Shown: positions 41,539 through 51,704, counted from the stretch's first letter. The stretch: DNA of 64,000 nt from Candidatus Latescibacterota bacterium (GCA_965248435.1 OZ252100.1:1248001-1312000), one strand, 5' to 3'. Notes: generated by a model from the letters alone, not told the origin. Numbers and translations are program-made.

Positions 41539-42141
41539 TCACGTGCGCGGCAGACTCTGTTTTGTGTCTTCTCTGAAAAGCGCATTCTTTATGAAGTTTC
41601 TCTTTGAAATGAATGCCTCCTCATCAAGCACAGGTTCCATCCGGGTTGTCGTGATCTCCGTCTCCAGATCGACCCAAGACGTGCAGCCTCCGTATGCGGG
41701 TCTAAGGTCTATCTCGCTTGCGCTGAGGAGTCGGAAGACCCTCAAAACCAGGACGAAAAGCGGGCTCTCGGGCTTCCAATCGAAACGATCAGCAATGTAG
41801 GATGCCGACCAGATATGGGTGTCTGAAAGGGCGGTGACGCCGCTGAGTTCAGTCACTGGAACGACGTCGTGAACTTCCGCGAAGAGGCCGATCCTCACGC
41901 GTCCTCCGGGTGGCCTCTGATGGAAGACCTCCTCGACCCAGCCCCGGTACTCGTCCTTAAGAACCTCGGCATCCTGGTGGAAGTAGGTCGGGAACAGAAA
42001 GAAACGATCAGATTCCAGCTTGAATCCCCCCGGGCCCTCCACAATACCACCCTTCCTCAGAAGGATAACCTGTTCACCCCTCTCGAGGGCCTTCACCGCG
42101 ACCGCCCACTCTTTTAGCGCCTTGCGAACCGATTCAGACAT
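41539..42141 (-). CDS. DUF1802 family protein
   Basis: ALKEWA...LRKGGI.E, FLFPT..HQ, YGGCTSWV. Confidence 0.85.
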   Translation of the reverse strand: MSESVRKALKEWAVAVKALERGEQVILLRKGGIVEGPGGFKLESDRFFLFPTYFHQDAEVLKDEYRGWVEEVFHQRPPGGRVRIGLFAEVHDVVPVTELSGVTALSDTHIWSASYIADRFDWKPESPLFVLVLRVFRLLSASEIDLRPAYGGCTSWVDLETEITTTRMEPVLDEEAFISKRNFIKNALFREDTKQSLPRT

Positions 42142-42207
42142 CTCGAGGCCAATCCTTAATGTTGCCTACCCTGCTGAGGTCGAAGATTGATGCGAGACAG
42201 CGATCTT

Positions 42208-42555
42208 CTACTCCGCAAGGGCGACGAATATCTTTCCGTCACAGACCTTCACAAGATACTTTCGAACCTGGTAGTGCGGCGCATCCACGCAGGTCCCCGT
42301 GTCCAGATTGAACTTTAGTCCGTGCCAGAGACAGGTAACGAAGTTCCCATCGAACCCCATCGTCCCGATCGGACGTCGATTATGGGGGCAGACATTCTCG
42401 ATGGCGTGAATCTCGCCCTCCGAATTGAAGAGTCCGACTTCCCGCCCCCTGACAGCGACCACCTTTCCGGTTCCCGGAGACAGTTCGCTCACCGTAGCGA
42501 CCGGGATGAATGCGTCCTCCAGCCTTCCCTCAACGACCTTTCCCTTTTTCGTCAT
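42208..42555 (-). CDS. Rieske [2Fe-2S] ferredoxin
   Basis: CPH...CLWHG Rieske motifs. Confidence 0.88.
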   Translation of the reverse strand: MTKKGKVVEGRLEDAFIPVATVSELSPGTGKVVAVRGREVGLFNSEGEIHAIENVCPHNRRPIGTMGFDGNFVTCLWHGLKFNLDTGTCVDAPHYQVRKYLVKVCDGKIFVALAE

Positions 42556-42594
42556 CTGATACGTACGCTCAACATCAAACTCCCCGACGCCCCT

Positions 42595-43485
42595 CTATCC
42601 CACGAGCGCCACCTGATCCGCGGCGTGGTAGGAACTCCGAACCAGAGGGCCCGACTCCACGTGCCGAAAACCCTCCCCCTCGGCGAACGATTTCAATTCA
42701 CGAAATTCGTCTGGATGGTAGAATCTGGAGACAGCTACGTGAGCAGGGGAGGGCCGCAGATACTGGCCTATGGTCAGGATGTCCGTTCCCTGATTGCCGA
42801 TGTCCCGGATCGTCGCCCGGATTTCATCCAGTGCTTCGCCCGCGCCGACCATAATGCCCGACTTGGTTGGAATATCCGGCCGCATCTCCTTCGCCCTTCG
42901 CAGCAACTCCAGAGACCGCCCATATTTCGCCTGCGGGCGCATCCTCCCGTAGAGCCTCGGGACAGTCTCCAGGTTGTGATTTAGAATCTCGGGGCCTGCG
43001 CACATCACGACCTGCAGCGCCCCCCAATCCCCTTGGAAGTCCGGAATCAATACCTCGACACTCGTCTCGGGGCTCAGGATGTGAATCTCCGAAATCGTTT
43101 CGGCGAAGATTGCCGCGCCGCCATCCGGAAGCTCATCCCGGTTCACCGAGGTAATCACGGCGTGACTGAGCGCGAGCGTGCGAACCGCCTCGGCCACTCG
43201 CCCGGGTTCTTCAAGGTCCAATCCATCGGGACGACCCGTCTCTATCGCGCAAAAACCGCAGCTTCTTGTACAGACGTCACCCAAAATCATGAAGGTGGCC
43301 GTACCTCTCCCCCAGCATTCACCGATGTTGGGACAGAGCGCACTCTCACACACGGTATGAAGATTGAGTCCGCGGACCAGGGTCTTGAGCTCCCGATATC
43401 TCTCGCTGCCCGGCGCGGGAACACGGAACCACTCTGGCAGGCGACGACGAGGCCGCTTCGACGGTTGATCAATCTGGAGAAACAT
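42595..43485 (-). CDS. lipA: Lipoyl synthase
   Basis: [26 protein letters not shown]. Confidence 0.96.
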   Translation of the reverse strand: MFLQIDQPSKRPRRRLPEWFRVPAPGSERYRELKTLVRGLNLHTVCESALCPNIGECWGRGTATFMILGDVCTRSCGFCAIETGRPDGLDLEEPGRVAEAVRTLALSHAVITSVNRDELPDGGAAIFAETISEIHILSPETSVEVLIPDFQGDWGALQVVMCAGPEILNHNLETVPRLYGRMRPQAKYGRSLELLRRAKEMRPDIPTKSGIMVGAGEALDEIRATIRDIGNQGTDILTIGQYLRPSPAHVAVSRFYHPDEFRELKSFAEGEGFRHVESGPLVRSSYHAADQVALVG

Positions 43486-44869
43486 CTGTTCCGTTCTTTT
43501 TTGTCAGAATCCCCATCAGGGTGTGTGAGCTCGCATCCGTGATCTTTACGTCCACGAACGTGTTCACGCGGCTCCCATTCCGTGGAAATACGACCGTTTT
43601 GAACCCGTCCGACTTTCCGACGGCCTGGTCTTCCCCTTTCCGCGCGTCCCCCTGAACGAGGACCTCCACCGTTTTTCCGACAAAGGCCCGATTGACCTCC
43701 CCGGAAATCTCGTTCTGAAGCTGAATCAACCTTTCGAGCCTGCAGATTTTCTCCTTCTCCGGAATCTGGTCAGGAATCCCTCGAAAGGCCGCAGTGCCCT
43801 TCCTGGGTGAGTATTTGAAGGTAAACGCAGAGTCGTAGCGAACGCGCCGAACGAGGTCGAGCGTCTCCTCAAAATTGGCTTCGGCCTCGTTTGGAAATCC
43901 TACAATCACGTCAGTTGACAGGCAGAGACCCGGAACCGCGTCCCGAAGTCGATCGACAAGCCGCAGATACTCGTCGACTGTATAGGTTCGCCTCATCGCC
44001 GAAAGCACCTCGTCGGACCCGGATTGGACGGGGAGGTGAACAAACCCACAAACCTTGTCTTCCCCAGCAATCTGATCGATGAGCTTTTCCGAAAAATCAC
44101 TCGGATGAGGGGATGTGAATCGAATCCTGCGAACGTCCTCGATCCGGGCCACCATTCGGAGCAGGTCAGCAAAGTCGTGCTGTCCGTCGCTGTAGGAGTT
44201 CACCGTCTGGCCGAGTAGCGTCACTTCGCGGAAGCCTTCGGAGGCTGCGACCTCCACCTGCCTAAGCACCTCGCACGCAGGGACACTCCGCTCCCGCCCT
44301 CGTACGTAGGGAACGATACAAAAGCTGCAGAACTTGTCACAGCCTCTCATAATCGTCACCCAGGCGTTCGTGCCCTCTTGACGAATGGGATCCAGTTCGA
44401 GGTAGTCCTCGTCCCGGTCCAGGCGCACGTCGAGCGCAGGCTCGTCCGATGCCTGGGCGATCAGATCCGGCAGTCGCCTGTAAGAGTTCGGGCCCACGAC
44501 AAGGTCAACATAAGGTGCGCGGTCCAGCAGGTCATTCGCAAGATGTTTGGCCATACACCCGCAGACTCCGAGCACGAGATCCGGCCGTCTCACCTTCAGT
44601 CGGCTGAGCTGAGACAGACGCCCCAGAACGCGCTCCTCTGCACGCTCCCGGATCGCACAGGTATTCAAGAGCACGACATCTGCATCTTCAAGGCGGGAGG
44701 CGAAGCGATAATTCGACGCCTGAAGGACCCCGAACACCAATTCGGAATCTGAGAGGTTCATCTGGCACCCGTAGGTCTCGATGAAGACGCGTTGGCCTTG
44801 CCCCTCCTGCACCAAACCCGGTTCCTGCTCGATGTTCAGAATGCCGCTATCCACACAAGGTCCCTTCAT
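43469..44869 (-). CDS. miaB: tRNA-2-methylthio-N6-dimethylallyladenosine synthase MiaB
   Basis: [31 protein letters not shown]-terminal TRAM domain. Confidence 0.95.
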   Translation of the reverse strand: MKGPCVDSGILNIEQEPGLVQEGQGQRVFIETYGCQMNLSDSELVFGVLQASNYRFASRLEDADVVLLNTCAIRERAEERVLGRLSQLSRLKVRRPDLVLGVCGCMAKHLANDLLDRAPYVDLVVGPNSYRRLPDLIAQASDEPALDVRLDRDEDYLELDPIRQEGTNAWVTIMRGCDKFCSFCIVPYVRGRERSVPACEVLRQVEVAASEGFREVTLLGQTVNSYSDGQHDFADLLRMVARIEDVRRIRFTSPHPSDFSEKLIDQIAGEDKVCGFVHLPVQSGSDEVLSAMRRTYTVDEYLRLVDRLRDAVPGLCLSTDVIVGFPNEAEANFEETLDLVRRVRYDSAFTFKYSPRKGTAAFRGIPDQIPEKEKICRLERLIQLQNEISGEVNRAFVGKTVEVLVQGDARKGEDQAVGKSDGFKTVVFPRNGSRVNTFVDVKITDASSHTLMGILTKKNGTDVSPD

Positions 44870-46008
44870 CCTTCTCTGGTTTCCCCTTCAGCCTCTCTCA
44901 GCGCCGAGCGAATCTCTTTAATAACCTCCGAGTCCGATTCCGATTCCATCGCAGACCCGAGCGCACGCACGACCACTTCGCCCCCGATCTGCCCCAGTGC
45001 CCACGCCGCGTGTCCCCTGACGAGGGGTTCTGGATCACCGAGGGCGGCGCCCAGCACGCCGATGTCCTCCGTTCGACCCTGATTCCCAATCGCCACGGCG
45101 ACATTCCTCAAGAGCCCGCGGCGCTTCGCCCGTTTGATCGGGCTCCCCTTGAACCGGCCGCTGAAGCCTGCCTGATCCAACTGTAGGAGTTCGTGCAGGT
45201 CGGCGGGCGAGCGCCCCTCCCGGGGCTGGTAGGCGGACTCATCGGTCGGCCCCGCGTGCTTTTCGTTCCAGGGGCAGACCTCCTGGCAGATATCGCAGCC
45301 GTAGATCCAGTCTCCCATCCCGGCACGCAGATGCTCGGGAATAGACCCTTTCAACTCGATCGTAAGATACGAAATACACTGCCGCGAATCCAGCAGATAT
45401 GGCTCTCTTATCGCCTCGGTCGGACACGCTTCGATACAGAGGTTACAGGTCCCACAATGGTCCGTCTCCGGGCGATCGTAGTCGAGCTCCAGAGACAGGA
45501 AGATTTCGCCGAGGAAAAACCACGAACCCCTCTCTTTGTTGATGAGGTTCGTGTTTTTCCCAAACCAGCCCAGGCCGGCCCGAGCGGCCAGGTCACGCTC
45601 GAGAACCGGTCCCGTATCCACGTAGACTTTACCTTCTACGTCGGGTTCGAGCTTGCGAATCTCCTCCAATAGCGCGTGGAGCCGCTTCCCCATCACGTGA
45701 TGGTAATCATCCCCCCTGGCATATCGGGAAATCTTTCCACTCGACGAGGGCACATCCTCAACCTCCTTCGTCTTGGGTTCGTAATTCATCCCAACACAGA
45801 GCACAGACCTCGCATTCGGCAGGACGCACCGCGGGTCGAAGCGGCGATCCAGATTCCTTTCGAGGTAGCCCATCTCACCCCCATACCCCAGCCCCAACCA
45901 ATCCAGGTAGAACGAACGATGTTCGGGCGGTTCGGCGGGGGCCACACCCACAGGCGCAAACCCGAGATCACGCGCGCTTGCCTTGATGTGCTCTGTTAAG
46001 GACGGCAA
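44866..46008 (-). CDS. queG: Epoxyqueuosine reductase QueG
   Basis: ISRYARGDDYH, VDTGPVLER, CGTCNLCIEACPT, CISYLTIE, GCDICQEVCPWN, HEAT-repeat tail. Confidence 0.95.
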   Translation of the reverse strand: MPSLTEHIKASARDLGFAPVGVAPAEPPEHRSFYLDWLGLGYGGEMGYLERNLDRRFDPRCVLPNARSVLCVGMNYEPKTKEVEDVPSSSGKISRYARGDDYHHVMGKRLHALLEEIRKLEPDVEGKVYVDTGPVLERDLAARAGLGWFGKNTNLINKERGSWFFLGEIFLSLELDYDRPETDHCGTCNLCIEACPTEAIREPYLLDSRQCISYLTIELKGSIPEHLRAGMGDWIYGCDICQEVCPWNEKHAGPTDESAYQPREGRSPADLHELLQLDQAGFSGRFKGSPIKRAKRRGLLRNVAVAIGNQGRTEDIGVLGAALGDPEPLVRGHAAWALGQIGGEVVVRALGSAMESESDSEVIKEIRSALREAEGETREG

Positions 46009-46046
46009 TGTTCCTCCTCGAACACGGAATCACTCTGAGGGTATCC

Positions 46047-46082
46047 AAAAAAGGACAGGACACATCCATGTCCTGCCCTTTT
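46047..46082 (-). terminator. Intrinsic terminator ~40 nt upstream of queG
   Basis: Minus strand GGGCAGGACA-loop-TGTCCTGTCC-TTTTTT. Confidence 0.75.
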
Positions 46083-46250
46083 CTATCACCCTTTCAACCC
46101 GATCCCAGCAGAAGGGGCCTGCGGCCTTTCGTTGAATCCCCCCGATCGAGGTTTCGGCTGATCCCCCCTAACAGACGAGGCCAGCCTACGCCCGGCTGGC
46201 CTTGGTGGGTCTGTCTTCCTTTACGGAGGGAGGCCGCCCTTACCTCCTCC

Positions 46251-46634
46251 TCAAGAGGGCGTTGCTGCTTTCCTAAAGTCCGAGATGGCAGCCTGAATGG
46301 CGTCTTCAGCCAGGGCAGCAGCGTGTTTCTTAGTCGGCGGCAGGCCACCCAGTGCCTGTTCGATATCGCCGCGAGAGATCCTTTCCACCTCTCCGATCGA
46401 GCGACCGGCCACCATGGTGGTCAGGACTGAACTCGCCGCGATCGTCGCCGTGCACCCCTGACTCTTGAACCGCGCCTGGACCACCTTGTGATCGTCGATC
46501 CGAAGATAAAGCTCGATAGAAGCCCCCGAGGCCGGGTTTTCCACCCTGCCGACACCGTCCGGGTTCTTCAGGATGCCGACATTGCAGGGGTCCCTGAAAT
46601 GACGAAGGACCACATCAGAATAGGCTTCGGACAT
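46251..46634 (-). CDS. IscU/NifU-like Fe-S scaffold homolog (two of three Cys replaced)
   Basis: YSDVVLRHFRDP.NVG, NPASGA, FKSQGC..TIAASS, LGGLPP.KKHAA.LAEDA. Confidence 0.85.
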   Translation of the reverse strand: MSEAYSDVVLRHFRDPCNVGILKNPDGVGRVENPASGASIELYLRIDDHKVVQARFKSQGCTATIAASSVLTTMVAGRSIGEVERISRGDIEQALGGLPPTKKHAAALAEDAIQAAISDFRKAATPS

Positions 46635-46656
46635 CCCCGACCTCACTTAAGGCCGA

Positions 46657-47154
46657 TCAGTGGACATTTTCAAGCGGCCTTCTTGTCGGAGTCAGTGTGA
46701 TGGGGTCTTCAACCTCCAAAAGCATCTCTTTCGTATAGATCAGATCGGCCCGGTTTTCAGCTGCGAGTTCGGACCGCTCGGTCATCACGATTGCATCTTC
46801 CGGGCAGGCCTCCACGCACATTCCGCAGAAGATGCAGCGGAGCATGTCAATTTCGAATCGATTCGGATATTTTTCCCGATCTTGCCACGGTGCCTCGGCA
46901 GCTTCGATCGTGATACACTCCGCCGGGCAGGCTGTTGCACACATGTAACAGGCGACGCACTTGGGCCGCCCCTGCTCATCCTTCGTTAGCTTGTGCAGCC
47001 CTCGGTATCCCTTTGGCTTTTCCCATCTCTCTTCGGGGTACTGAATCGTTATCTTTTTTCCGAACAGGTGTTTGAAGGTCAGCGACAGGCCCTTCGTTAT
47101 TGCCGGAAGATACATTTTTTCGGTTAGCGTCATTTCGTGACCGACTTTTATCAT
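46657..47154 (-). CDS. nuoI: NADH-quinone oxidoreductase subunit I-like 2x[4Fe-4S] protein
   Basis: TIQYPEE, CVACYMCATACP, IDMLRCIFCGMCVEACP, LIYTKEMLL; no other nuo genes in the window. Confidence 0.88.
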   Translation of the reverse strand: MIKVGHEMTLTEKMYLPAITKGLSLTFKHLFGKKITIQYPEERWEKPKGYRGLHKLTKDEQGRPKCVACYMCATACPAECITIEAAEAPWQDREKYPNRFEIDMLRCIFCGMCVEACPEDAIVMTERSELAAENRADLIYTKEMLLEVEDPITLTPTRRPLENVH

Positions 47155-48799
47155 ATCTACGATCTCCCCTCCGGTTCCTGGATCTCCTCCGTCGTTTGCT
47201 CGTTCGACCTGCCCACTCAGACGCAATGGTTTGCCGAATCACGGTAACCTGGATCTGACCCGGGTAAGTCATCTCATCCCGGATCCGCTGCGCGATCTCG
47301 AAAGAAAGCCGCTTGGATACATCGTCGCCCACGCGACCGGCGTTCACCATAACGCGAACTTCCCGGCCCGCGTTTATGGCATAGGCGTCTCTCACCCCGC
47401 CAAAAGACTGGGCGATCTCTTCAAGATCCCGGACTCGTTTTATATACCCTTCGACATCATCCCGGCGCGCTCCCGGCCTCGATGAGGAAATCGCATCCGC
47501 CGCTTTGACCAGGAACGAAATCGGCGTCGTTGCCTCTGCATCCCCGTGGTGATATAAGATGGCATTCTCTACCTCAGGCGGCTCTCCGTATTTGCGAGAG
47601 ATCGTCACGCCGATGTCGGTGTGTGTTCCCTCAACCTCCTGATCGATGGCCTTGCCGATGTCGTGCAACAACGCTGCCCGTTTGGCGAGTTTTTCGTCTA
47701 ACCGCAGTTCGGCCGCCATCGCACCAGTCAGAAATGCAACTTCCTTCGAATGTCCAAGAACGCTTTGACCGTAACTCGTCCGATACTTCAAACGGCCCAG
47801 GAGTTTGATCAACTCCGGGGCCATGTTGTTAATTCCGACCTCCTTGACTGCGAGCTTTCCTTCCTTTTCGATTAGTGCTTCGATCTTTTTCTCACACTCG
47901 GCGGCAACTTCCTCTACTCGACTCGGATTGATCCGACCTTCCTTGACGAGCTGTTCCATGGCAAGGCGCGCAACGTCGCGCTTGACCGGATCGAAGCTTG
48001 AGAGAACCACTGCCTCCGGAGTGTCGTTTACGATAACTTTTACTCCGGTAGCCGCCTCGAACGAAATGATGTTGCGACCTTCTTTGCCTACGATTCTGCC
48101 TTTGATGTCGTCATCGGGTAGCGGAACGACGGATATGGACGACTGAACGGTCTGGTCTGTGGAGCACCTTTCGATCGCCATCGCAATGACCTTCTTGGCT
48201 TCCCGCTCTGATTTCTCCTTTGCTTGTTCCAGAATCTCCATACCCATGGCAGTGGCAGTACGCTGGAGTTCTGAACGAATGTTCTCAAGCAGCATCTCCT
48301 TGGCATTCTCTACGTTCATCCCGAAAATTCGTTCCAGGCGCGTCTGCTGTTCCGTTAAAACACGTCCGAGTTCCTTTTCTCGATTCTCGAGACGCGAACC
48401 CCGCTGTTGGATGGTCCGCTCCACCCGCTTCAGCTCCTTGTCTCGCTGCAGGATGGTCTCGTTCTGATATCCTACTTCGGTTTCTTTCTCCTGGACCTCC
48501 TCGCCCAGCCTCTCGAGTGTCCTCCTCTTCTTACTGAGTTCCCGCTCGTAATTCGCTTTGACATCATACCACTTGTTCTTTTCCTCAAGAAACGCCGCTT
48601 TTCTCTCTCTATCCGCCTTCTCGACTAGTTTCGATACTCGCCGCTCGGTCTGTTCTTCAATCGCACCAATCTTTCGTGATTTGATCTTAGCGCACAGAAA
48701 CCAACCGAATCCGAAGAGGAGAAGGGCACCGGCTGCGAAAATCCACACCCAATATCCCGCCAGCGCCAACGGAGCCTCCTGCATCGTATCGATTCCCAT
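46976..48799 (-). CDS. rny: Ribonuclease Y
   Basis: N-terminal TM plus coiled coil, KH (KGRIVGKEGRNI), HD (LLHDIGKA), ADAISSSRPGAR, YPGQIQVTVIR. Confidence 0.93.
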   Translation of the reverse strand: MGIDTMQEAPLALAGYWVWIFAAGALLLFGFGWFLCAKIKSRKIGAIEEQTERRVSKLVEKADRERKAAFLEEKNKWYDVKANYERELSKKRRTLERLGEEVQEKETEVGYQNETILQRDKELKRVERTIQQRGSRLENREKELGRVLTEQQTRLERIFGMNVENAKEMLLENIRSELQRTATAMGMEILEQAKEKSEREAKKVIAMAIERCSTDQTVQSSISVVPLPDDDIKGRIVGKEGRNIISFEAATGVKVIVNDTPEAVVLSSFDPVKRDVARLAMEQLVKEGRINPSRVEEVAAECEKKIEALIEKEGKLAVKEVGINNMAPELIKLLGRLKYRTSYGQSVLGHSKEVAFLTGAMAAELRLDEKLAKRAALLHDIGKAIDQEVEGTHTDIGVTISRKYGEPPEVENAILYHHGDAEATTPISFLVKAADAISSSRPGARRDDVEGYIKRVRDLEEIAQSFGGVRDAYAINAGREVRVMVNAGRVGDDVSKRLSFEIAQRIRDEMTYPGQIQVTVIRQTIASEWAGRTSKRRRRSRNRRGDRRYDKSRSRNDANRKNVSSGNNEGPVADLQTPVRKKDNDSVPRREMGKAKGIPRAAQANEG

Positions 48800-48929
48800 C
48801 GGAGCCTCCTGCATCGTGTATTTATCAAGATGAATATTCCACCACCGCCCCACACACCTGCCTGTCGTCGCCTCCAGGCCCTGCCGTTATGCAAAGCCCG
48901 GAGATGTGTCCTACACAGATACGGCCGTG

Positions 48930-48962
48930 AAAAAAAACCAGCACCTGAGTGGTGAATGCTAG
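48930..48962 (-). terminator. Intrinsic terminator between iscA and rny
   Basis: Minus strand CTAGCATT...GGTGCTGG followed by T8. Confidence 0.6.
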
Positions 48963-49093
48963 ACCCTCGGCTTCGAACCCATCTCTTTGCAACCCGGCTT
49001 TCCAACACCACAACCTCACGAACAATCGAAGGGGAGGAATCACAAAGAACGTGTGCCCCTTTTCCCACCCCGGGCACCGCCTCGCCTGTGAAG

Positions 49094-49417
49094 CTAGACA
49101 CCAAAAGATTCTCCACAACCACATTGATTCGCAGCATTGGGATTCTTGATCTGAAATCCCGAACTCATCAATCCATCATCGAAGTCAATCTCGGAGCCGG
49201 AGAGGTAAAGCGCACTCTTCATGTCCACGAAGACTTTGATTCCGTTGCTCTCAACGGTGTTGTCGTCGTCCTCGGGCGCCTCGATGAACTTCATTTTGTA
49301 CTGCAGTCCAGAGCAGCCGCCACCCACGACCCGCACGCGGAGACCATGATCCGGCGTACCTTCGCGGTCCAGCAACTGTTTTATCTTGCCTGCAGCATGC
49401 TCCGTGACAGTGATCAT
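49094..49417 (-). CDS. A-type Fe-S carrier (IscA/ErpA/HesB family)
   Basis: GGGCSG..Y, NPNA..QCGCGESF. Confidence 0.93.
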   Translation of the reverse strand: MITVTEHAAGKIKQLLDREGTPDHGLRVRVVGGGCSGLQYKMKFIEAPEDDDNTVESNGIKVFVDMKSALYLSGSEIDFDDGLMSSGFQIKNPNAANQCGCGESFGV

Positions 49418-49478
49418 TCCGATTAAACCTCCTTCAAACAGCGAATCTTGGGCGGGGATACCCTGCCACCATCTCGTC

Positions 49479-49958
49479 TCAGCTCAGGGAATGAAGGCAC
49501 TGCTTGATTTCACCAAAATCGGGGATCACTTTTGGATCGTCGGAGACAGAAGCGTATCGGACGATGCCTTCCTTGTCAACCACGAAGGCCGATCGCTTCG
49601 CCACCCCTTTGAAGCCAAGCAGCTCTTCATACTGCACTCCGTAACTGGAACAAACCTCCCTGTTGAAATCGCTCAAAAGCGGGGCGGAAATTTGATTCTC
49701 GTTTGCCCAAGCCTCCTGAGCGAAGGGGCTGTCTACACTAATGCCCAAAACCAGGGCATCCAACGCTTCGTACTCATTCAAACCGCTGCTTACCGAACAC
49801 ATTTCATCAGTACAGACTCCCGTATAGGCCAGAGGAAAGAAAAGGAGGACGACCTTCTTCTTTCCTATGTTCTCGGAAAGTGTAACATCCACAAGGTCAT
49901 CACCCTTTTTTCTCTTCAGGGTGAAGTCTGGTGCACGATCTCCAACTTGGATAGCCAT
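49479..49958 (-). CDS. Peroxiredoxin (AhpC/TSA family)
   Basis: FFPLAYTGVCTDEMC, GISVDS, LLSDFN, RSAFVVD. Confidence 0.9.
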   Translation of the reverse strand: MAIQVGDRAPDFTLKRKKGDDLVDVTLSENIGKKKVVLLFFPLAYTGVCTDEMCSVSSGLNEYEALDALVLGISVDSPFAQEAWANENQISAPLLSDFNREVCSSYGVQYEELLGFKGVAKRSAFVVDKEGIVRYASVSDDPKVIPDFGEIKQCLHSLS

Positions 49959-49985
49959 CTAGACCCCTCATTCGATTCTGATGCC

Positions 49986-50597
49986 TCAACCCCTCGCCGA
50001 CTGGTAGCGATCGGCCACTGCATCCCAGTTTACGACACTCCACCACGCCGCAATGTAGTCCGGACGACGGTTCTGGTAATTCAGGTAATAGGCATGCTCC
50101 CAAACGTCCAGACCCAGTATGGGTGTGCCGTCACCCGACATCAACGGATTGTCCTGATTCGGCGTGCTCAGGACGTCCAACTTCCCGTCCTTCAGGACCA
50201 GCCACGCCCATCCGCTCCCAAACCGGGTGGTTCCGGCGGTGGCGAATGTCTCCTTAAAACTGTCTAGTCCCCCAAAAACGCTCCCGATCGCATCGGCCAG
50301 CTCACCGGAGGGTTCGCCTCCGCCAGCCCCCATCACCGTCCAGAAGAGGCTGTGGTTTGCGTGTCCTCCGCCGTTGTTCCGGACGGCGGCCCGGATGTCC
50401 TGGGGAACGCTGTCGATGTTGCGAATGAGATCCTCCACGCCCTTCGATTGCAGGTCTGCGTGACCTTCGAGCGCGTTGTTGAGGTTCGTCACGTACGCGT
50501 TGTGATGTTTTCCGTGATGGATCTCCATCGTCCTCGCATCGACGTGCGGCTCCAAAGCGTCGTGAGAATACGGCAGGTTCGGCAGTTCGTGTGCCAT
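49986..50597 (-). CDS. sodA: Mn/Fe superoxide dismutase
   Basis: [15 protein letters not shown] (Mn-type GG), [15 protein letters not shown]. Confidence 0.93.
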   Translation of the reverse strand: MAHELPNLPYSHDALEPHVDARTMEIHHGKHHNAYVTNLNNALEGHADLQSKGVEDLIRNIDSVPQDIRAAVRNNGGGHANHSLFWTVMGAGGGEPSGELADAIGSVFGGLDSFKETFATAGTTRFGSGWAWLVLKDGKLDVLSTPNQDNPLMSGDGTPILGLDVWEHAYYLNYQNRRPDYIAAWWSVVNWDAVADRYQSARG

Positions 50598-50658
50598 GAT
50601 TCCAGCTCCTATTTTGCTGCACAGGTGAAGATTCGCGAGATCAAGTCAATTTCGGTCA

Positions 50659-50687
50659 AATATAACCAACTATATTAGATGCGTCAA
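50659..50687 (-). promoter_or_regulatory. Sigma70-type promoter of sodA
   Basis: Minus strand TTGACG-N17-TATATT. Confidence 0.65.
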
Positions 50688-50834
50688 GTCTTTTTGCCCT
50701 ACCTTAACTAGATACAATTACTTGTACTTACGCTACATCTAGGCCCATTCTGGGGCGCCCGCAAGATTGCCAGCCAGGACCTTTTTGTAAGTATGTAATC
50801 ACTTACATTGCCTCCGCGCAAGGACGAGCTATCC

Positions 50835-51704
50835 TCAGAGACCGGGCAGAACCAGATTGTCGATCAACCTGGCCTCTCGAAACCTTACGGCGAGGGCAAT
50901 CATCACGCTGCCCGAAAGGGCTTCAACGGGCTGCATGTCCGCCCGGCTCACCGCCTCGGCGTAGTCCAGCTTGGCGCAACGCCTGGCCGCGATCAGCCGC
51001 CGTATGGCCCCGATCACGACCCCTGCACAGCGCTCTCCTCGCTCGACCATGTCCTTCGCCTCCTGAAGGGCGTGAAACAGCACAGAAGCCGCTTCCCGCT
51101 CTTCTGCGGTCAGGTAGGCGTTTCTGGAGCTCTTCGCCAGACCATCCGCCTCTCTCACGGTGGGCGACACAAGGATGTCTACGTCCAGGTTCAAATCCTC
51201 AACGATTCTGCGCACGACCTGGGCCTGCTGCCCGTCCTTCTGTCCAAAAACGGCGAGGTGGGGCTTGACGGCAGCAAACAGCTTTGTGACCACGGTCGCA
51301 ACGCCTTGAAAGTGTCCAGGGCGGGACGCGCCGCAGAGGTGGTCCGCTACTTTCTCTACCGCGACGTATGAGGCGTATCCCTTCGGATACATCTCTTCGA
51401 CGGAGGGCGCGTAGACCACGTCCGCGCCGGCAGACTCGACCAGGCTGAGATCGTGCTCCAGGTCACGCGGGTAAGATCCGAAATCCTCACCCGGACCGAA
51501 CTGCTTGGGATTCACGAAAATACTCACGACGACGCGGTCCGAAACCCTGCGGGCCCTCCTGATCAGGCTCACGTGCCCCTCGTGAAAGGATCCCATCGTC
51601 GGTACGAGGCCGATTCTCTGTCCGCTTTCGCGCATCTCGTCCGCGGCCTTCTGCATCTCGCGAACGCTGCGTATGATTCGAATCGCGTCCATGATCTCGT
51701 TCAT
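50835..51704 (-). CDS. panC: Pantoate-beta-alanine ligase
   Basis: VPTMGSFHEGH, SIFVNPKQF, RPGHFQGV, FGQKD, RLIDN. Confidence 0.95.
   Translation of the reverse strand: MNEIMDAIRIIRSVREMQKAADEMRESGQRIGLVPTMGSFHEGHVSLIRRARRVSDRVVVSIFVNPKQFGPGEDFGSYPRDLEHDLSLVESAGADVVYAPSVEEMYPKGYASYVAVEKVADHLCGASRPGHFQGVATVVTKLFAAVKPHLAVFGQKDGQQAQVVRRIVEDLNLDVDILVSPTVREADGLAKSSRNAYLTAEEREAASVLFHALQEAKDMVERGERCAGVVIGAIRRLIAARRCAKLDYAEAVSRADMQPVEALSGSVMIALAVRFREARLIDNLVLPGL

Noticed and set aside
48965-49010. tRNA or tRNA fragment (GGGTTCGAAGCC T-loop-like, TTGCAAA), or 6S RNA upstream of rny
   Set aside because: No acceptor, D or anticodon stems could be built, and no long 6S-like rod was evident.
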